Origin: a bacterium
GTDB taxonomy: Bacteria; JAAXHH01
DNA length: 64,000 nucleotides
NCBI GenBank assembly: GCA_965262815.1
Contig: OZ253560.1
Location: 1,397,514 to 1,461,513, forward strand
Reading direction: 5' to 3'
Of the stretch, positions 57,648-64,000 are shown one piece after another. Under the pieces are notes generated by a model. That model was not told the origin of the DNA and did not search any database. It was given only the letters and a program-made list of their open reading frames with translations. The stretch's first letter is position 1, and every line of letters starts with the position of its first letter. The position numbers were made by a program, and so were the translations under genes.

Positions 57648-60299
57648 CTAGAACATGAACCCGACGAACAGGTACAGGTCGGTCTTGTCCTTACCGTCCA
57701 TCATCGCTACGCTCATCGTCGCCCGCCGTTCGGCAAAGGAGACCCAGAGCCCACCGCCTTTGCCGACATGCCAGTCATCAGCCTCCGACGGGTCGTCCAC
57801 GAAGAATACCCTCCCCGCATCAACGGCAGCGAACGCGCCGAGTTCACCGGGAATCAGGAACTTGATTTGGGTCAGCCGAAACCGAAGCTCGCCGTTCCCG
57901 TAAATTGCGGAATCCCCAGCGAAGCGGTACTTTCGAAATCCCCGCATGTTGCCGGAGCCTCCGATGGCGGCCGCTTCGTGGAACGGGTACTCACCGTGGA
58001 CGGTCTTGCCGCCCACGCGCAGGGCGAGGGTAGGGGAGGTGGGAACGTTCGCCGAAAGGTATGTAGATGCCTCGCCGGCAACGTGGCCGAATGTCGATTC
58101 GACATCCCACAACTCAGGGTAGAGTTCGCCTGCGAGCCACAGCCGGACTCCCCGTTGGGCATGGCCCGGATTGTCGCGGGTGTCAAAAACGAGTTCCCCA
58201 CTTACGCCCACCTGTCCAAAGGCTTCCGTCCCGTACAGCGGAGATTCATAGGTGGCAATAAACTTCTCCTCGTGTCCGTCCAAAGAGGTGTTGGTGATCT
58301 TGACGACGGGCCCGCCCGATAGATTCCATTTCCCATGCGACGAACCGGAACCCGTGAATGAAAGCGCGGGCGCGAGAAGGAACTGTGCCTGATCCACCTC
58401 GTAAAACGTCTCGTCCCGCGTGAGATCAACGTCGTTTCCGAAACCGTTGAAGCGAACCATGTTGATGCCGGAGTATCCCACCTCGAGCTGACCGTCGAGG
58501 GACCGAAGCATATGCCGGAACGTCCCGGAATAGGAAACGAAGGGCTTAGTTCCGCCCCGTGAGGCAACTCCGACGTTTATGGCATGCCGCGAGGCAAAAG
58601 GGTTCTTTCGATAGCCAAAGTTCTCCCTGGTGTAGCGCAGCCCGGCGTAGACACCGAGGTCAGAAGTGTATTGGACAACCGGCTGCACGCCCGAGTTCCC
58701 GCCCCAGTCAAGTTTGTACACGTCCTGCGAAATCGTACTTTCGTTTTTCGGACGGTTGTACGGCCGCTCGTTAATATGCGCCCGTCTGTCGTCGAAGCGG
58801 TTCCGGCCGCGCGCGTCGTAAAACCGCGTCATCCTCCGTCCGGCCCGGGACCGGTTCGCGTACGCGTCATCGCCTCCGCCGCCGTCCACGTGGACCCTGA
58901 TCCTGGCTCGCCCACCGAGGACAGCGATTTCATCGTCCCCACCGTGCATGTAGATCCTGACTTCCCTGGTCTCGTGGGGATACAGCGTTCGGCGAAAATA
59001 CGGGGCACTTTGAGTTCCCGCCATGCTGATTCGAACCTCCAACGCACCGTCTTCACGGTGTTCCAGCTCGAGGTATTCGTCCTCGTCCGTTCCCCTGATC
59101 TCGACTTCTCTGCTGATCAGTCCGTAGTACCGGGCGGCGAACTCGTCGAGTAGGGCGCGACGCGACTTCAGCGTCCGGGTGAGAAAGTCCCCCACCTGTC
59201 TGTAGTAAGGTCCTGGAATACGTCGGACGGTATCATCGATCACCGAGTCCGGCAATTCGGACTGTACCGTGGCGACCATGTCCTCCCACGCGCTCCACTC
59301 CAGTTCGGCCAGCAACCTGCGGTCCAGCTCCCAGCCGGTGCGGGAGAGTCCCCGGTGGTTCGGATACTTCTCCTGGAAGCGGACGAACTTGGACTCGACA
59401 CGACGCACCAGTTTCATGAGTTGGCCATCCAGATCGACAAAGGCCTTGTCTCTATCTTCGGGAATGGGCAGCCATGTATAGCAATCTCCAACTGGGAACC
59501 TCGCCCAGCGCCACTGTCCCCGATGCCGGTCCGAGTCTCCTATGAGAAAGTCGATGAGCCGCGCCTTGAGATAGGCTCGCGCGTCCACGCGTTCGCAGGG
59601 GGATTCTTCGAGACCCTCGTACAATCTTTCCGTACCGCTCACCTGCCGGGATCCGGCAAACCCTGGTTCGTTGTCCGCGGCTTCGGAAGGATGCTCCTGC
59701 AAGGTCCCGATCAGCCCGGCATACTCCTCACGAAAAGATCCCAATCTCGGGTCGTCGGGTATCACCACCAGCCGGTGCGGCGCATGCAGGACTCCCGTCG
59801 CCGCCATCAGGGCATCCACCACCAGGCCCGCCGCCGGCAGATGGGCGCTCACGAGATCCTGAATCACATCCTCGACGACGGTATCCTTAAGTTCCTCCAT
59901 CAACCGTTTGGAAGGATCTTTGTCAATGGAGCGCACCGTGTAGCGGCGGCCATCCTCGCCCATAAAATGCAGCGAAATGGACTGACCGGCGCCTCCCGGA
60001 CGCATGGGTGACAAACCGCCGCCTACCGTATCGAGATCGAGGACCGGCACCTCGACAGGCGTCGTCCACAACTGGCGGTAGTTTTTGCCATAGATCCACT
60101 CACCATATCTGTTTGCCTTGAATCGAGCGCCGGGTACGAGGGTATGCGTCGTATCGCCCTTCTCCGGTGTAGCGCGGTGAATCAGCCGGCCGGCCTGTGC
60201 CGCTGCCGCATCAGCGCCTCCAAGAGACAGGACGACGACTAGCAGAGTGGTAGTCCAGTAACGCCGCCAGGGACGGATGAAACGCTCGTTCTGGATCAC
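57648..60299 (-). CDS. Omp85/BamA-TamA-type barrel protein with N-terminal atypical kinase-like domain
   Basis: Signal peptide; GGAGQS, VRSIDK, DFLIGDSDRHRGQW, PEDRDKAF; C-terminal MRGF..RFAG, DAGRV, terminal F. Confidence 0.75.
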   Translation of the reverse strand: MIQNERFIRPWRRYWTTTLLVVVLSLGGADAAAAQAGRLIHRATPEKGDTTHTLVPGARFKANRYGEWIYGKNYRQLWTTPVEVPVLDLDTVGGGLSPMRPGGAGQSISLHFMGEDGRRYTVRSIDKDPSKRLMEELKDTVVEDVIQDLVSAHLPAAGLVVDALMAATGVLHAPHRLVVIPDDPRLGSFREEYAGLIGTLQEHPSEAADNEPGFAGSRQVSGTERLYEGLEESPCERVDARAYLKARLIDFLIGDSDRHRGQWRWARFPVGDCYTWLPIPEDRDKAFVDLDGQLMKLVRRVESKFVRFQEKYPNHRGLSRTGWELDRRLLAELEWSAWEDMVATVQSELPDSVIDDTVRRIPGPYYRQVGDFLTRTLKSRRALLDEFAARYYGLISREVEIRGTDEDEYLELEHREDGALEVRISMAGTQSAPYFRRTLYPHETREVRIYMHGGDDEIAVLGGRARIRVHVDGGGGDDAYANRSRAGRRMTRFYDARGRNRFDDRRAHINERPYNRPKNESTISQDVYKLDWGGNSGVQPVVQYTSDLGVYAGLRYTRENFGYRKNPFASRHAINVGVASRGGTKPFVSYSGTFRHMLRSLDGQLEVGYSGINMVRFNGFGNDVDLTRDETFYEVDQAQFLLAPALSFTGSGSSHGKWNLSGGPVVKITNTSLDGHEEKFIATYESPLYGTEAFGQVGVSGELVFDTRDNPGHAQRGVRLWLAGELYPELWDVESTFGHVAGEASTYLSANVPTSPTLALRVGGKTVHGEYPFHEAAAIGGSGNMRGFRKYRFAGDSAIYGNGELRFRLTQIKFLIPGELGAFAAVDAGRVFFVDDPSEADDWHVGKGGGLWVSFAERRATMSVAMMDGKDKTDLYLFVGFMF

Positions 60300-60538
60300 T
60301 CTTCAATCTCCTGTTCAATAATTCGAAATGGCTGAACCCGCTCGCTGAAGATGAGGTACGGGGTCCCGGTATGAGTCGCTACATACAACACAAGAGATAA
60401 CAGGTATGCTTGACCGGGTCAACTCCAATCAGATTACCGATCATCTTGTGGAGCATCGCGTTAGCAGTCAGTTCGAATAGGTTCCTATACTGATGGAACC
60501 AGAACTGTAAAAACCTGAGATTCTAGGGACGTAGAGAC

Positions 60539-62359
60539 TTACGGGGTCCTGTTGAATCTGCGTTCGATCTCCTCAAGAGGCATACGCACCAAGACGGGTC
60601 GACCCCGGGGGGTCGCATAGGGCATTTCAGTGGCGAAAAGATCGTTGACGAGCACATTCATCTCCCGCTGTGAAAGCGAATCGCCTTTCCTGATTCCCGC
60701 GTGGGAGGAAAAAGTGAGCGCGATACGTTCTTCCGCCTTGAAGTCCTGCGCGTGCAGATCCTGCAGGTTTTCGATCATACGCTGAAACAGTGTATCTACA
60801 CCCTGGTTGTTCGCCATACAGGGAACCGCGTCTACGACCACGGTCCGTTCGCCGAACAGTTTCACACTGAATCCCAGCTTGCCGAATAGATCGAAATGTT
60901 CCTGGACGAGGGCGAACTGTGGTATCATGAGATCCATGGTCACCGGAAACAACAACTGCTGGGAGGGAGCGGATTCGTGATCTATCGTTTTTAACGCCCG
61001 TTCGAACAGCACACGCTCATGGGCGGCATGCTGGTCGATGAGTACAAATCCACCCTTGATCTGGGCGAAGATGTAGGCATTGTGCAGCTGCCAGAGTGGA
61101 ACCATCTCGCCGTCGGGATCCTCACGAACGGTTCCATGCTGCTCTTCATTATTCCCTTCCCGTACCGTGTCGCCCGGGGTATAGGTCCAGTCCACCGTAG
61201 TAGCGTCGGCACCCGGGCGCTTGAAATCGAATAGACCGGTTTGCGTTCTGCGCTCCATGGTCGATTCAGGACCGGGACCGGGTACGTCCCCGTTTCCAGG
61301 CGCCGTGGCCGACGTCATGGCGGATATGCCCTGCGTATCCGTCTCAAAAACGGGTACCACATCCGAATTCTGCAACGCCATCCGAATGGCTCGCAACAGC
61401 GTCTTATATACCATGGATTCGTCGGAAAACCGGATCTCACGCTTCGTGGGATGGACGTTGACGTCCACCTGGTCGAGGTCGATGGTCAGGAAAATGATCG
61501 ATACGGGATATCGCTCCCTGGGGAGGATGGATCCGTACCCTTCGAACACGGCATGATTGAGCGCACGGCTGGATACCGGCCGCAGGTTGATGAAGAGGTG
61601 CTGGTGGGTACGGGAAACCCTGGCGGAGTCGGGACGGCTGATGAATCCGTGTATTTTGACGAGTTCGTCGTCGAAAGTAACCGGTATCATTTGATTCATC
61701 AGCGTGTTGCCCATGACGGCCTGGGCACGGGTATACGCGTTCGACACGGCCGGGAGCGACAGGGTTTCCCTTCCGTCTACCTTCAGGGAAAAGGCGATTT
61801 CGGGATACGCCATCGCGGTAGTCGTAAATACGGAAACGATATGGCGCGTTTCCGTGCCGGTTGTCCGCAGGAATTTCCGCCGCGCAGGCACGTTGTAGAA
61901 CAACTGGGATATGGAGATTGTCGTACCCTGCGCTCGCCCGGCGTCCGTCACCTGGGGGGCCGTCCCGCCATCGATGCGAATCCGGGTACCTGCCGCTTCG
62001 CCCGAGATATTCGTCGTCAGGTCCACCCTGGCCACCGAGGCGATGCTGGACAACGCCTCGCCCCGAAATCCTAATGTACCGATGCGAAAGAGGTCTGCTT
62101 CGTCGTCGATTTTGCTGGTCGCGTGCCGTTCGAAGGCCAGCACCGCGTCCTGCCGGGGCATGCCCCTGCCGTTGTCCATCACACGTATGAGTTGTTTGCC
62201 GCCCGACTTGATCTCTACTGAAATACGCCCGCCACCGGCATCGATGGCATTTTCGACCAGTTCCTTGACGACGGAGGAAGGACGTTCGATCACCTCGCCC
62301 GCGGCAATCTTGTTGGCGAGGTTTTCGGGTAGCACTTTGATTTGATCAGGCATGGACAC
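60539..62359 (-). CDS. mutL: DNA mismatch repair protein MutL
   Basis: KIAAGEVIERP, GFRGEAL, DVNVHP.K, DQHAAHER. Confidence 0.97.
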   Translation of the reverse strand: MSMPDQIKVLPENLANKIAAGEVIERPSSVVKELVENAIDAGGGRISVEIKSGGKQLIRVMDNGRGMPRQDAVLAFERHATSKIDDEADLFRIGTLGFRGEALSSIASVARVDLTTNISGEAAGTRIRIDGGTAPQVTDAGRAQGTTISISQLFYNVPARRKFLRTTGTETRHIVSVFTTTAMAYPEIAFSLKVDGRETLSLPAVSNAYTRAQAVMGNTLMNQMIPVTFDDELVKIHGFISRPDSARVSRTHQHLFINLRPVSSRALNHAVFEGYGSILPRERYPVSIIFLTIDLDQVDVNVHPTKREIRFSDESMVYKTLLRAIRMALQNSDVVPVFETDTQGISAMTSATAPGNGDVPGPGPESTMERRTQTGLFDFKRPGADATTVDWTYTPGDTVREGNNEEQHGTVREDPDGEMVPLWQLHNAYIFAQIKGGFVLIDQHAAHERVLFERALKTIDHESAPSQQLLFPVTMDLMIPQFALVQEHFDLFGKLGFSVKLFGERTVVVDAVPCMANNQGVDTLFQRMIENLQDLHAQDFKAEERIALTFSSHAGIRKGDSLSQREMNVLVNDLFATEMPYATPRGRPVLVRMPLEEIERRFNRTP

Positions 62360-62365
62360 TCATGT

Positions 62366-63508
62366 TCAGTTTTCGTGGGTGACCCGGTAGATTATGCCGG
62401 TGTAATCATCGGATACGAGCAGGGAGCCGTCGGGCATGACCTCCACGTCGGCGGGCCGTCCGTAGACTTCCTCATTTTCCAGCCAGCCCGCTGCAAAGGT
62501 CTCGTACCCGGTGGCCTCGCCGTCTTCCAGCCGCACGAGCATAATCCTGTAGCCGATCTTGTTGTCCCGGTTCCAGGATCCGTGTTCCGCAATGAGGACC
62601 TGGTTTCGGTAATCGGACGGGAACATGCCTCCGGTGTAGAACCGCATGCCCACGGCGGCCACGTGTGGACCGAGTTCCTGGGCGGGCGCCACCGTGGATT
62701 CCCGTGCGCGTTTTTCGCCGAACTGGGGATCTGGAATATCGATGCCATGGTGATAGGGGAAGCCGAAATGCTGTCCCGCCGCGGTCACGCGGTTCAATTC
62801 GTCCGGCGGGATCTCGTTGCCCATCAGGTCTCGCCCGTTGTCGGTGAACCAGAGTTCACCCGACTCCGGATGCCAGTCGAAACCCACGGTGTTGCGCACG
62901 CCGCTCACGTAGACCTCCAGGTCCGTCCCGTCCGGATTCATGCGCATGATGGTCGCGTAACGCGGATCATCCCGCTCGCAGACATTGCACGGGGCGCCCA
63001 CGGGAACGTACAACTTACCGTCGGGCCCGAATCGGATGAACTTCCAGCCGTGATGTCGGTCGGAGGGCAGGTCCCGGTTGACCACGACCGGTTCCGGGGG
63101 ATTTTCAAGCCGGTTTTCGATGTCGTCGTATCGGAGGATTCGGCTGACTTCGGCAACGTACAGCGCTCCGTCGCGTAATGCGATTCCACTCGGCATGTTC
63201 AGACCCGTGTCGAGGGTCAGCACTTCGTCCGCCTGGAAGTCTGCATCCCTGTCCAGGACGGCATACAGGTTACCGGCACGGCGGGAGCCAACGAAAAGGG
63301 TGCCGCCTGGTCCCATGGCCATCGCCCGCGCATTCCGGACGCCCCTGGCGTATATGCCGATCTTGAATCCTTCGGGCAGTTGTATCCGGGACAGGACGGG
63401 ATCCGTTATCGTGTTTCCGTTACCGGTCGCCGGGGCGGTTCCGCAGGAGGCGGCTATGAGCAGGGCCGGCAGGAACAAGCAAAGTATCGAAAGACGGATA
63501 ACGGTCAT
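62366..63508 (-). CDS. PQQ-dependent sorbosone/aldose sugar dehydrogenase lipoprotein
   Basis: HHGWK, FGPDGKLY, GVRNTVG, HGSWNR, GRP.D. Confidence 0.9.
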   Translation of the reverse strand: MTVIRLSILCLFLPALLIAASCGTAPATGNGNTITDPVLSRIQLPEGFKIGIYARGVRNARAMAMGPGGTLFVGSRRAGNLYAVLDRDADFQADEVLTLDTGLNMPSGIALRDGALYVAEVSRILRYDDIENRLENPPEPVVVNRDLPSDRHHGWKFIRFGPDGKLYVPVGAPCNVCERDDPRYATIMRMNPDGTDLEVYVSGVRNTVGFDWHPESGELWFTDNGRDLMGNEIPPDELNRVTAAGQHFGFPYHHGIDIPDPQFGEKRARESTVAPAQELGPHVAAVGMRFYTGGMFPSDYRNQVLIAEHGSWNRDNKIGYRIMLVRLEDGEATGYETFAAGWLENEEVYGRPADVEVMPDGSLLVSDDYTGIIYRVTHEN

Positions 63509-63716
63509 TTAGAGGGATCGGAAGGTGTTGTTGCGGGCAGTTTGTATGGCCGGATGCGCGGCTGTCCGAACCAGGGTCCGTAGGATTGTATCGGCAGCAT
63601 CTATGGTAAGGACGACGGGGACACAAATCAAGGACAAAGTGGTACTTGCGTTTGCCCGGATCGACCGTTAATGTTTACCACGAGTTCATCTGATACCGTC
63701 GATCAGGGAACAGTAC

Positions 63717-64000
63717 ATGTCTCGTATCGAACGCCTGCGCAGCAACGGAATTGAAGCATACCCCGCCCGGGTCAATCGGTCGCATACGGCACGACAGGCC
63801 CGGGAATCCGGTACCATCCGCCACGCCTCGGTTATTGCCGGCCGGCTGGTTCGGATGGATCCTCATGCCCGGGCTGGTGCATTGAAGGACTGGTCAGGCA
63901 CGATCGAACTGGCCATGGGTGATCCGTCCCTGTCCGAGATCATTGACCTGCTCTCCGAGGGAGACCTGGTGGAGTGTTCGGGAACCTGGGGACAGCACGC
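63717..64000 (+). CDS. LysRS-like N-terminal OB-fold protein (LysS or EpmA/GenX), 3' truncated
   Basis: Manual translation MSRIERLRSNGIEAYP..IAGRL..LKDWSGTIEL..L.EGDLVECSG. Confidence 0.6.
   Translation, partial: MSRIERLRSNGIEAYPARVNRSHTARQARESGTIRHASVIAGRLVRMDPHARAGALKDWSGTIELAMGDPSLSEIIDLLSEGDLVECSGTWGQH

Overview
GC-rich bacterial window with about 60 CDS and one tRNA-Trp; no CRISPR array or rRNA was seen. The content is mostly catabolic: three intact and one broken enolase-superfamily (mandelate racemase-like) genes, two PhyH dioxygenases, a sulfatase, three Gfo/Idh/MocA oxidoreductases, two desaturase-like proteins and an SSS symporter. It also encodes NHL, TPR and collagen-like repeat proteins and housekeeping genes (ctaA, lepB, ltaE, mutL). 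This profile resembles FCB-group (Latescibacterota/Gemmatimonadota-like) marine or sponge symbiont genomes (inference). Three accessory segments stand out. (1) 1.1-3.6 kb: an enolase-family gene split by an IS3 remnant and an intact serine hydrolase. (2) 18.1-19.3 kb: a decayed defence islet with a STAND/Avs-like C-terminal remnant, nonsense-mutated hicA and intact hicB. (3) 52.4-60.5 kb: an island between rsbW and mutL encoding an SBP, DUF4956, an SdiA-regulated-like protein and a metallophosphoesterase lipoprotein, convergent with an Omp85 barrel protein carrying an atypical kinase-like (DRH) domain. Segment 3 is the best candidate for an undescribed cell-envelope phosphorylation/phosphate system. 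All calls come from motif recognition by eye; no searches were run.
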